Shown piece after piece: positions 34,722 through 42,458 of a stretch of DNA of 42,458 nucleotides (the stretch's first letter is position 1; each line of letters opens with the position of its first letter). The position numbers were made by a program, and so were the translations under genes. The notes beneath the pieces are model-generated. The model made no database searches. It was given only the letters and a program-made list of their open reading frames with translations, and was not told the DNA's origin. Origin of the DNA: a bacterium (GTDB lineage: Bacteria; Desulfobacterota; Desulfuromonadia; Desulfuromonadales; JAAYDE01); NCBI GenBank assembly GCA_024696325.1, contig JAILGY010000029.1:1-42458 (forward strand). The letters run 5' to 3'.

Positions 34722-35336
34722 TTATTGTTTGGAAAAGACTATCCGCAAGGCTTTGAGCGTTGGGGCGTATTCCACCCTGGCCTTGAGCTTGCCTGACGAT
34801 TCGCGGGCGACGCCCGACACGCGCAGCCATTGCCTGTGGTCCGCGATCTGCACACGCTGGAGCACACCCTTGCCCATGAACTTGTCAGCGCGGATTCCCT
34901 TGCCCCATGCCCCCATCAGGTCAATGGACAAGGAGCGGACGTTGGACGGATAAAAGGCATGGTAATTGCCGGGGGCGTTATGGCAGGCGAAGCGCACTTC
35001 CACATCGCCGTTGCCCAGTACCGTGATTTCAGGGTTGCCCAGTGTGCCTTTGCCGGCCTTTTTCCCCATTGACAGGGCGAGCCATTCTTCTGCCTGCGGC
35101 CTGGGAAGTTCTGCGGCAGGCGGCGGGATGACCGGGGGCAAGCCGGCTTTGGGGGCTTCCTGCACAATTGTGGGAGGCGGCAGGGAGGGAGGTTCCTGCG
35201 GGCTGGGGAACAAAAAGGCAAAGATGCTGCCGGAATGTCCCGTGCCGGTATTGCTTGCCACGATGAACCCCATGCACAGCACCAGTGCCAGCCAGACCAC
35301 AAGCATGACGCGACAGAGCGAACGTAAGGAATACAT
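34722..35336 (-). CDS. Membrane-anchored protein with a Pro-rich linker and an AMIN-like C-terminal domain (T6SS accessory candidate)
   Basis: N-terminal TM segment MLVVWLALVLCMGFIV and Pro-rich segment PPSLPPPTIVQEAPKAGLPPVIPPP. The C-terminal beta-rich region has the pattern SLSIDLMGAW...VLQRVQIADHRQWLRVSGV...ALRIVF. It is wedged between tssM and tssE. Confidence 0.55.
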   Translation of the reverse strand: MYSLRSLCRVMLVVWLALVLCMGFIVASNTGTGHSGSIFAFLFPSPQEPPSLPPPTIVQEAPKAGLPPVIPPPAAELPRPQAEEWLALSMGKKAGKGTLGNPEITVLGNGDVEVRFACHNAPGNYHAFYPSNVRSLSIDLMGAWGKGIRADKFMGKGVLQRVQIADHRQWLRVSGVARESSGKLKARVEYAPTLKALRIVFSKQ

Positions 35337-35339
35337 AGA

Positions 35340-38300
35340 TCACCACACATACGTTATACGGTCAGGCAGCGTTGGCGGAGTGCCGCCTTCCTTCTGCAGC
35401 ACGGAGGACACACCGTCGGGCAGGATGCGCACATTGACGTTCTTCACGCCCGCAGCCTCCATGACGCCCTCCGCGTCTTCAAAGTCCTTCTGTGAAAAAT
35501 TGCGCGTCCCGTACTGGAATTCTTTCAGGAAGTCCGCGAACGTTTCGTAGACCCTTGTAAGGGTAAAGGACGGAAAATCTATTTCAAGCGTCGCGGCGCC
35601 GCACTTCTTTACGGTGTACTGGAACTTTTCGTCACGCGGGTAGTTGCGGTTGACCAGGGAATACTCCTTGTCCTCGCACTGAAGCGTGAGCGTTGTGGAA
35701 TCAACGCGCTCCTTGGCATCCACATTGACCAGCGTGGGCTGCGAACGCAGCTGCACATAATAGGTATCCTCCGGCGGCTGGGCGGCAATTATCTCCGCCT
35801 GGGACAGGACATTCAGCCCGTCCCTGGTGAAGGGAAAGATGATACTGCCCCAGCTTGCGGCGGAAAGGGCTTTCCCCCTGCGCGTGAGGAAGGGCCTGAG
35901 ATGCGCATCCACAAAGGTCTGCACCACGCCCTTGTCGCCGTAAAGGGCCGTCACGTCGTCCTGCCGGTACAGGGCCGCAGCGCTGCCCAGCACCTCATTT
36001 TCCCACGCCTCCTGCACCACCTTTGCCGCCTGGACGGTGACGCCCTGGGCGATGAAATCCAGAATGCCCGGCAAAAGTTTCAGCATGGGATTCCGGCCGT
36101 TGGTCCTGAACGAAGCGGTTATGTTTTCAAGTTCTTTTTTGGCTTTGGCGTACGGGTCTTCCGTACCCGGTTCCAGCGCCTTGCCGCTGTTTTCGAGAGT
36201 GGCTCGCTGCGAGGCCAGCCTGTGCCCGCCAAACCATGAGGCTGCCAGCGCGTAGGATTGTTCGGGGCTGGCCACCACCGGCAGCAGGGTTAGCGTGTTG
36301 TCAAAGTACGCCTTCAGGTCTTCCGCGATTTCAAGCATCTGCCGTGCCTGCCTGGAATCCTTGGTTTCGGCACGCAGGCGTTGCATCAGCTCCGGCGTGG
36401 AGGTGACCATGGAAAGCAGGGCTCTGGCGCGGCTCGTGGCTTCCTGCCTGTGCTCAAACTCGGCAATGTCCACCACCACGTCCATAAGCATGCAGCCAGA
36501 GAACCAGGGGGGGGTGTCCTCGCCGGCATTTCTCAGAGGGGTCAGCTCATCCGCCACCTGCTGGAGAGCGCGGTAATGCGGCATATCCTCAATTCTGCTG
36601 ATGTTCGCGTAGGAAATGAACACATCACCTTCCTGCATGGAAGCGCGGATGTTGGAAAAAGCACTGGTAAAATCGGACCACAGCTCGGCGTAGCGGCGGA
36701 AATACTCCGAGCGGAAGGCGCTGGCGCTTTGCCGTATGGCCCCGCCCGGCTCATCCAGGGACTCCAGGTCTTCCAGAACGTCGCCAAAGGCCTTGTAGCC
36801 CGTGCGTGTATAGGCAGGCGGGACGCAGACGTTGTTGGGATCCGAAGAATTCACATGCGGCCAGAACTGCGTGAGGCAGACCGCGGCGGCGGGATAGCGG
36901 CTGTTGATATCGTCCAGCATGTCCTCAAGCGCGCCATTCCCTTTACGCCTCAGGCTTGCGGCCAGCAGGGCGCGCATTTCCCGCGTGAAGCTGTCCACCT
37001 GGTCTCCGTCGGCCATCCAGTGGACGGCGTTGACAATGAGGCGCCCGGTCACAGGGTTCCAGAGACGGGTATCCTGCGAGGTGATGGGGAAGGACCAGTT
37101 TTTTTCCACGGCCATGTGTTCATTGTTGATCCTGTCCGAAGCCACGGCAGTCAGCCACATGAGCTCGCGCCGCATCTCCTGTTCCTGGCCATGGGTTATG
37201 GGTTTAAGGCCGCCAAGGCGGGAACGGTACTGCGTAAGCAGGGGGCTGAGGATTTTCTGGTAGATTTTTCCCGTAAAGTTGGAACGTGAGGCGTTCAACT
37301 CCCTGGAAAGGGCGTCCTGGCCGAACTTGGGCAGGTACCAGACCTTCCGCGCTTTTTCCAGCTTCTTGATATAGAGCATCTGCTGGTAGAGCCTGTCGGT
37401 TTCCGCATCATGCGCGATGCCTGGCGTGGAGGGAGCCGCCTCGGTCAGGGCCTGGTGCTGGTAGATCACATTGACGCCCATAAGCCCGCACAGTCCCAGC
37501 AGAAGCAGCAGCCAGGCCCCCATGACGCATGCCCGCGTATTGGCCACAAAAGGGAGCCCGCGCGTGAGCGGGGCGGGAGAAACGGATGAGGGCAGGACAT
37601 GGGAAAGCAGGCCTGTGAGGAAAGCGGGGGGACGTCCTTCCGTACTCTCTCCCTGGCAGAAGCAGACGCCGTCAAGCCGGATCTGGACCTGGTGCGCCAC
37701 CTCGCGGGAAAGTTGTCCCGTCACCAGCTGCAGTTTGCTGCCAAGGGCGCGCAGGGAGCGCAGCGCCTCAAGCATGTCCCCTTCAGGCTGATGCTCCCCT
37801 GCCGCGGCATCCCGGATCATGTCTTCCAGGCGCAGGGCGGCCGCTTCGGCGGCAGTGTTCATACTGGCCGGTGCATGATGCATCTCTCCCAGCACCGTGT
37901 TGAATTCGCCGGCCGGCACGATATCCAGGATCCTGTCCATGCCGGGTAGGCTTTCTATCCCCTGGATCAGAACATAAACCGGATACCGGCGGTTCATGGT
38001 CAGCATGAGCTGCTGCACTTTGCTGCGCAGGTTCCGGCCCAGAACCGCGAGTTCTTCACCGCTGCGGCGGGCGATATCCGTAATGGAAAGCAGCAGCACG
38101 ATGCCGCGCAGGGGGATGTGATGGCTCTTCCCGGACAAATGTGTCAGCAGTTCCTGCCAATCCTCCTGGGACAGTTGTGCCTCCGGGCAGCGCAGCAGTA
38201 CCGACGCTGAAAGGAAATGCCAGAAAAGCGGGGAATCCGCTGCTTCCGGCAGCGTTTCACCCATGGAGGCGAACAGGTTGGAAGAGCGGCCCGAAGTGTC

Positions 38301-38663
38301 CAGGGTCACAAACCAGGGCTGGCTGAATTCCATGCGTTCGTGAAAACGCTGCGGCGAGGTCCGCAGCACTTTCATTCCCTGCTGCCAAGAGTAGGCCATG
38401 CGCCCGAGCACCGCAGGCGAAGCCGCTTCCATGGCGGATTGTTCATTCAGGACCTTGTGGACGAAACGCGTTTTGTCGTGCAGGCGGTAAAGCGCGCGCG
38501 CGCCAATGAAGGCAAGCACAAGGCCAAACAGCGCCAGCAGGATGACCACGCCCGTAGTCAGCGGCCACTGCATCCACCAGGAGAGCAGGGTCAGCAGGGC
38601 AAGCAGCAGCAGGAGAAGCAGGAGCCACAGGATGCCCTTGAGCAGTTTGAGCAGAATCTTCAT
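35340..38663 (-). CDS. tssM: T6SS membrane complex subunit TssM (IcmF family)
   Basis: 1107 aa. Two N-terminal TM segments, a cytoplasmic domain, a third TM segment and a large periplasmic IcmF-like region. The P-loop position reads PWFVTLDTSGRSSN. Confidence 0.88.
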   Translation of the reverse strand: MKILLKLLKGILWLLLLLLLLALLTLLSWWMQWPLTTGVVILLALFGLVLAFIGARALYRLHDKTRFVHKVLNEQSAMEAASPAVLGRMAYSWQQGMKVLRTSPQRFHERMEFSQPWFVTLDTSGRSSNLFASMGETLPEAADSPLFWHFLSASVLLRCPEAQLSQEDWQELLTHLSGKSHHIPLRGIVLLLSITDIARRSGEELAVLGRNLRSKVQQLMLTMNRRYPVYVLIQGIESLPGMDRILDIVPAGEFNTVLGEMHHAPASMNTAAEAAALRLEDMIRDAAAGEHQPEGDMLEALRSLRALGSKLQLVTGQLSREVAHQVQIRLDGVCFCQGESTEGRPPAFLTGLLSHVLPSSVSPAPLTRGLPFVANTRACVMGAWLLLLLGLCGLMGVNVIYQHQALTEAAPSTPGIAHDAETDRLYQQMLYIKKLEKARKVWYLPKFGQDALSRELNASRSNFTGKIYQKILSPLLTQYRSRLGGLKPITHGQEQEMRRELMWLTAVASDRINNEHMAVEKNWSFPITSQDTRLWNPVTGRLIVNAVHWMADGDQVDSFTREMRALLAASLRRKGNGALEDMLDDINSRYPAAAVCLTQFWPHVNSSDPNNVCVPPAYTRTGYKAFGDVLEDLESLDEPGGAIRQSASAFRSEYFRRYAELWSDFTSAFSNIRASMQEGDVFISYANISRIEDMPHYRALQQVADELTPLRNAGEDTPPWFSGCMLMDVVVDIAEFEHRQEATSRARALLSMVTSTPELMQRLRAETKDSRQARQMLEIAEDLKAYFDNTLTLLPVVASPEQSYALAASWFGGHRLASQRATLENSGKALEPGTEDPYAKAKKELENITASFRTNGRNPMLKLLPGILDFIAQGVTVQAAKVVQEAWENEVLGSAAALYRQDDVTALYGDKGVVQTFVDAHLRPFLTRRGKALSAASWGSIIFPFTRDGLNVLSQAEIIAAQPPEDTYYVQLRSQPTLVNVDAKERVDSTTLTLQCEDKEYSLVNRNYPRDEKFQYTVKKCGAATLEIDFPSFTLTRVYETFADFLKEFQYGTRNFSQKDFEDAEGVMEAAGVKNVNVRILPDGVSSVLQKEGGTPPTLPDRITYVW

Positions 38664-38676
38664 ATGAAAATCCAGA

Positions 38677-39417
38677 TTAAAATCCCTTCGCGGGGATATT
38701 CGCCAGAATATTGGCGCAGTACAGCCAGAACAGGATGCAGACGATCACGGGAATCAGAACATAGCCCGCGGTCTCAAGCCGCTGGAGCAGCATTTGCCTG
38801 GCATGCTGCGCGGAAGCTGTCTCTGCCGCCGGCAAAATTTCCGGCCGCAGCAGCAGTGTCCGGCACGCCCTGCGCACACGCGCCAGAAGTTCATCCTGGC
38901 CGTAAAGACGCCCCTGGAAACCGTAAAGCAGGCAGAGGGCGAACATAAGCAGCGCGTCGACGCCGACTTTGTTCTGAAGCCTGCGGCTGGCCCGTTCCAG
39001 ACGCTGCGCCAGATCAAGCGGTTCACCATTTTCTTCGCCGGCAATGCCGAACGCTTTCAGCAGGCCGCTGAGCCTGGAAAAAAAGAGCTGTCCGGCTTCT
39101 GTGGTGGAAAAATAGCGGCACTGCAGGGAAAGCGGCATCCAGGAGCCGGCATCGGGCCTCCGGGCGTTGAGGAGTTTCTCATCCACCCAGGCGTAAACGG
39201 CAAAGCGGGCCTCTTCCAGTTCGCGGCGGCGCGCCTCCGGCATATCCGGCCGGCCGCCGTCAGCTGACAGCACTGGCGGCAGGGTGCGTTCCTCATCGGC
39301 CAGTTCCAGTATGCGGGCCTGTATGTCTTCCAGCGTCAAGGCCAGTCCTTCGGAACTGTCTGCGTAGTGCAGGGCGGCGGCCATGAGCGGCGCAAAGCGT
39401 TCTTGCATGTCCATCAT
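38677..39417 (-). CDS. tssL: T6SS membrane subunit TssL (DotU family)
   Basis: 246 aa. FAVYAWVDEKLL DotU-like core. C-terminal TM segment YVLIPVIVCILFWLYCANIL. Confidence 0.85.
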   Translation of the reverse strand: MMDMQERFAPLMAAALHYADSSEGLALTLEDIQARILELADEERTLPPVLSADGGRPDMPEARRRELEEARFAVYAWVDEKLLNARRPDAGSWMPLSLQCRYFSTTEAGQLFFSRLSGLLKAFGIAGEENGEPLDLAQRLERASRRLQNKVGVDALLMFALCLLYGFQGRLYGQDELLARVRRACRTLLLRPEILPAAETASAQHARQMLLQRLETAGYVLIPVIVCILFWLYCANILANIPAKGF

Positions 39418-39418
39418 G

Positions 39419-40804
39419 TCACCTCTGGATGACGGTCAGCTGGGCCAGCAGGTCGTCCGGCCTGCTCGGCAGCATAAAGGCCACCTCTCCCTCCTGCAGC
39501 ACCTTCTGCCAGAGGGGGTCATTCTGGTCGATCATGAAATAGAGCGTGTCGCTGCGGCGCGGGAGGCCCGCAGGCGGCTGCTCTGTCCAGAACAGGCGGA
39601 TACCGGGAAGCGCCTTCCCGACAATGCTGCGCATATCGGCAGAAGGCGCGAGTTTTCCCATGGTCTGGACGCGGGCTGCCAGGCCTTCCCGATGCGACGT
39701 GCGCAACAGCAGCCAGTAGGCATACATGTTGCCTCTGGCACTTTGCGGCATGACTGTGCCCAGCACGGTGCCGTCTTCCACCGGGTTCAGCAGGAAGGTG
39801 AATTCGGGGCCCACGACGAGCGTGTCCACAAGGCGTGCGATGATGGTGAACGCCGCGTGAAAGCACTCGTACAGGTGCTCATGGTCATAGGGCGGCAAGG
39901 CACGTTCGCCCTGCGGTGTTTCCCCCAGGGGGGACAATGTGGCGGAAAAAACGGAAAGCTCGCCCACGAGCCTGCACAGGGCGCCGTAGACCGGCCACGG
40001 ATGGATGGAGGGCGCCTGAAGGTAGTGCTCCAGTTCCGGCGCATTGCGGCTCAGTACGCCAAGGATGCTGAACAGCGTGATGCCATGCAGGGAGGAAATT
40101 TCCGACATTCCCCCGTCGCCTGCCACGATCTTGTAGTCTTCAAGCTGCCTGCTGCGTGAAAGCAGGCTGTCGCGCACATCGCGCACCAGCCTCTGCAGGG
40201 CCGGGGCGGCGTTGATATCCACGCATGGCGGAGAAAAATTCGCGTCAAGCCGCACACGCTCGCCGTCCCGCACAAGGCGGGCCAGCGGCAGTTTCCACAG
40301 GTTTGGGCCATCATCCGGCCCAAAGCACAGGCGCAGGTTGTAGCGCATGGTGGAAACTTCCGCATCCGGCCCGTCGCCGTACAAATCGGGCACGATATCC
40401 GGCGCAAGAGGGGCGGTGAAGCGGTACTGCTCCGCCGCCTGCGCAGGATCGTCCGTGCGGAGCACGTTTCCACCCTGATCCCTGAAAGGCGCGAGCCCCA
40501 GGCTGACCGTCAGCGGATTTTCCGGATTGGTCCACGCGTCGCGGAATGCGCGCGGCGCGAGCGCGGCGTTTTCGGGCACAATGGCCCAGTTTCCGGAAGG
40601 CAGCAGCAATTCCAGGGAAACAACCTCGAAAATGTCGTTGGCGAGGGCGTCCTCATTGACAGCAAGAGCGCGCACACCCCACAGCCATGGGTTCATAAGG
40701 GCCATGCCCTGCGCGAGCCTGCGCACGTTCTGCAGATGGGAAAGCTGGAAATGCTGCGGCTGCAAAAACACACCGTGTTCCCAGAACGGAGAGCTATTGT
40801 GCAC
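39419..40804 (-). CDS. tssK: T6SS baseplate subunit TssK
   Basis: FWEHGVFLQPQHFQ N-terminal signature. I prefer the GTG start at 40804 (AGGAG SD 7 nt upstream, normal N-terminal length) over the TTG at 40840. Confidence 0.85.
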   Translation of the reverse strand: MHNSSPFWEHGVFLQPQHFQLSHLQNVRRLAQGMALMNPWLWGVRALAVNEDALANDIFEVVSLELLLPSGNWAIVPENAALAPRAFRDAWTNPENPLTVSLGLAPFRDQGGNVLRTDDPAQAAEQYRFTAPLAPDIVPDLYGDGPDAEVSTMRYNLRLCFGPDDGPNLWKLPLARLVRDGERVRLDANFSPPCVDINAAPALQRLVRDVRDSLLSRSRQLEDYKIVAGDGGMSEISSLHGITLFSILGVLSRNAPELEHYLQAPSIHPWPVYGALCRLVGELSVFSATLSPLGETPQGERALPPYDHEHLYECFHAAFTIIARLVDTLVVGPEFTFLLNPVEDGTVLGTVMPQSARGNMYAYWLLLRTSHREGLAARVQTMGKLAPSADMRSIVGKALPGIRLFWTEQPPAGLPRRSDTLYFMIDQNDPLWQKVLQEGEVAFMLPSRPDDLLAQLTVIQR

Positions 40805-41381
40805 GTTCCACTCCTGACAGGGTAACGGAATCCGCGCCAAGATGGATCAATGCCTGCACGGGCGCGGCCGTGTAGAGATCGTTTCTGAAAATAAGCCCTT
40901 CCTTCTCATGATGGATGGGAAAGGGGATCACGGCGGTGCAGAGTTCGGGCTTAAGGTGCTTATACCCCGCCGCTACGGCAAAATAACGTGCTTTTTCCGC
41001 CCTGTCAACAGTCAGGTCCAGCGCTTTCCCCGGCTGCATTTTGAAGGGACGGCTGGCGCAGGCCTTGACCGCGTCGAGCTGGCAGTTCAACAGCGTGTCG
41101 AGGCCTGCCGGGGATGAGGCAAGCGCCTGAAAGGCCGAAGGGTCTTCCAGTTGATAGACGCAAAGCGTCACGCCCAGCGGCCTGTCCCCATCGTGGTTCA
41201 GGTCGTCCGCCGCTTCAATGCGGTAGCTGAGCCCGCCGGTTTCCTGGTTCCAGGTAACGGCCGCGGGGTCTTTGGACGGCGCCGGCGGTGGAGGCAGCGG
41301 ATTTTTGGCCGTGGAACCGCCGCAGCCACCCAGGGCCAGCGCCAGCAACACGGCGGCAATGATGTGTTTTCTCTTACGCAA
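40794..41381 (-). CDS. tssJ: T6SS outer-membrane lipoprotein TssJ
   Basis: Lipobox LALGGC. VTLCVYQLEDPSAFQ is typical of the SciN/TssJ family. TTG start after GAAGGTG. Confidence 0.82.
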   Translation of the reverse strand: MRKRKHIIAAVLLALALGGCGGSTAKNPLPPPPAPSKDPAAVTWNQETGGLSYRIEAADDLNHDGDRPLGVTLCVYQLEDPSAFQALASSPAGLDTLLNCQLDAVKACASRPFKMQPGKALDLTVDRAEKARYFAVAAGYKHLKPELCTAVIPFPIHHEKEGLIFRNDLYTAAPVQALIHLGADSVTLSGVERAQ

Positions 41382-41772
41382 TTTGCACCTTCGCCTGAGC
41401 GGCCATGTTGTTCATGCCCATGGTGTTGCCGTCGTTGTGCTTGGTCTGGGCCCCCTGGGACACGGCGGCCTTGCCTTCCAGCGTGACCTTCAGGGAGCCT
41501 CTGACAAATTCGCCCTTGCCGATGAACTTGGAGGAAACCGCGCCGCCCGCGTTCCCCGCCTCGTCACCGTTGGAGATGGCGGTCTGGGACTTGACGTGGA
41601 GGGCGGGGGAGCCCGCGATGAAGACCTTGGAGCAGGCGGTGTTCGGCAGCACCATATTGCACTGGAAAACATTCACATAGGGCACGGGGATTGTGCCCGA
41701 GGGCGACGGCGTCTTGCAGACATCGGGAGGGGTGCTCGTGCACATGCCCCCCTGGAGGGTTAAGGCAAACAT
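41374..41772 (-). CDS. PAAR-like spike-tip protein (DUF4150 type), with no toxin extension
   Basis: 132 aa. The N-terminus (DVCKTPSP.GTIPVPYVNV...) and the SNGDEAG segment are typical of DUF4150 PAAR-like domains. Confidence 0.75.
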   Translation of the reverse strand: MFALTLQGGMCTSTPPDVCKTPSPSGTIPVPYVNVFQCNMVLPNTACSKVFIAGSPALHVKSQTAISNGDEAGNAGGAVSSKFIGKGEFVRGSLKVTLEGKAAVSQGAQTKHNDGNTMGMNNMAAQAKVQIA

Positions 41773-41776
41773 GGCA

Positions 41777-42415
41777 TTATCCTACCTTGATGTGGCTTGC
41801 GTCGATATCGACCTGTTCGCTGGCGCGGATATCCGCGTTTTCTGCCCGCACGCGCAGGCTTGTTTCCACGTGGATCTGGCTTCGGCCTGCCGCGCGTTTT
41901 GAAAGGTCTGTCACTTCTTCCGAAAGGGAGCCGTAATGGCTGACGCGGCGCTGCGCGCGCTCCGCAAGGCTGCGCGCGAAGGTGCGCACAACGGCGAAAC
42001 CCTGGATGCAGATCTGCCCGCCAAGGCTGAGGAGGCGGGATGCAATGCCCACGGACTCGCCCTCAAGATCGATGTTTTTCCCCTTCAGACTGAGGTTTTG
42101 CGCGGAAAGAGTGGCCTCTCCGGACGAAATGGCAAGTGTCTCCGCCTGTATTTCCGTGTTCCTGGGCAGCCTGAGTTCCGCAGCATCCTCCTCCGTGCGT
42201 GAACCGAGCACGGCGAGTACCCAGGCGGAGCCGTCGTCCAGCAGGGCGGCCAGGACCGTGTCATGCGGTCTGGGGGCCAGAAGGCAGCTTGCGGCGCGTT
42301 CCGCCCTGATGAGCCCTCCGCTTCCGGCAAGAAGGACCTGATTGCCGTCCGTGACCTGGACGGTTCCCCTGACGAGCATTGTTTCCAGGCTGTGTGAAGG
42401 CAGGGCCTGTCCCAT
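41777..42415 (-). CDS. DUF3540-like T6SS-associated protein
   Basis: 212 aa. Family recognised from memory of VgrG-DUF2169-pentapeptide-DUF3540-DUF4150 clusters. It is directly upstream of the PAAR-like gene. Confidence 0.6.
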   Translation of the reverse strand: MGQALPSHSLETMLVRGTVQVTDGNQVLLAGSGGLIRAERAASCLLAPRPHDTVLAALLDDGSAWVLAVLGSRTEEDAAELRLPRNTEIQAETLAISSGEATLSAQNLSLKGKNIDLEGESVGIASRLLSLGGQICIQGFAVVRTFARSLAERAQRRVSHYGSLSEEVTDLSKRAAGRSQIHVETSLRVRAENADIRASEQVDIDASHIKVG

Positions 42416-42420
42416 ACCAA

Positions 42421-42458
42421 TTATCCTTTCCGCGATCGGCGGTTGTGCGGATACGCTT
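42421..42458 (-). CDS. 3' end of an upstream T6SS-cluster gene (partial)
   Basis: Open frame from the window edge ending ...AYPHNRRSRKG* at TAA (42423-42421). Too short to identify. Confidence 0.25.
   Translation of the reverse strand, partial: AYPHNRRSRKG

Noticed and set aside
40805-40840. TTG start for tssK giving a 47-nt overlap with tssJ
   Set aside because: The GTG at 40804 has an AGGAG SD and gives the usual short N-terminus before the W-E-x-G-x-F-L-x-P-Q-H-F-Q motif. The longer form cannot be excluded.
1-42458. CRISPR arrays, rRNA genes and intact prophage or integrase genes
   Set aside because: I found no regularly spaced direct repeats, no rRNA-like sequence and no integrase or recombinase ORF on either strand. 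The only mobile-element trace is the IS3 remnant.

Overview
This is a high-GC bacterial chromosomal segment of 42.5 kb. Its gene content points to an anaerobe: ThiH-type thiamine synthesis, an AhbD-like radical SAM enzyme and prenyl-FMN decarboxylases. The taxon cannot be proven from the sequence alone. Nearly all long ORFs on the strand opposite the calls below are high-GC antisense shadows.

Gene order, left to right:
1. The 3' end of an upstream gene, then a GC-rich multi-hairpin spacer.
2. A minus-strand module: Cys-rich zinc-ribbon protein, then a tRNA-shaped RNA with a 46-nt 'anticodon loop', then a DUF2828-like helical + MIDAS-vWA protein with Ro60-like architecture.
3. An M16C peptidase and an M23 peptidase.
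4. A TPP riboswitch with attenuator, followed by thiF-thiS-thiG-thiH-thiE.
5. A secreted FG-GAP-like repeat protein.
6. An AhbD-like radical SAM/SPASM gene, then hemE and hemH.
7. A decayed IS3-family transposase remnant abutting a two-gene ABC-type ATPase + DUF4276 pair (candidate defence module), followed by a CYTH gene.
8. A secreted His/Pro/Gly-rich protein, a DUF533/TerB-like protein and a low-GC small membrane ORF.
9. Phosphomannomutase and a YcbB-type L,D-transpeptidase.
10. A cobalamin riboswitch with attenuator, followed by btuB, a btuF-like gene and rtcB.
11. A ygiW-family OB-fold protein and the dinJ-yafQ toxin-antitoxin pair.
12. ubiX, an LpdD-like gene and ubiD.
13. A C-terminal remnant of an MmeI/PglX-type methyltransferase.
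14. Part of a type VI secretion cluster on the minus strand: DUF3540, DUF4150 PAAR-like, tssJ, tssK, tssL, tssM, an AMIN-like membrane protein and tssE.

The most interesting candidates are the tRNA-mimic / Ro60-like / zinc-ribbon module (584-2682) and the IS-flanked ATPase-DUF4276(-CYTH) islet (16986-20000). The ATPase in that islet carries a sharply AT-rich internal segment.
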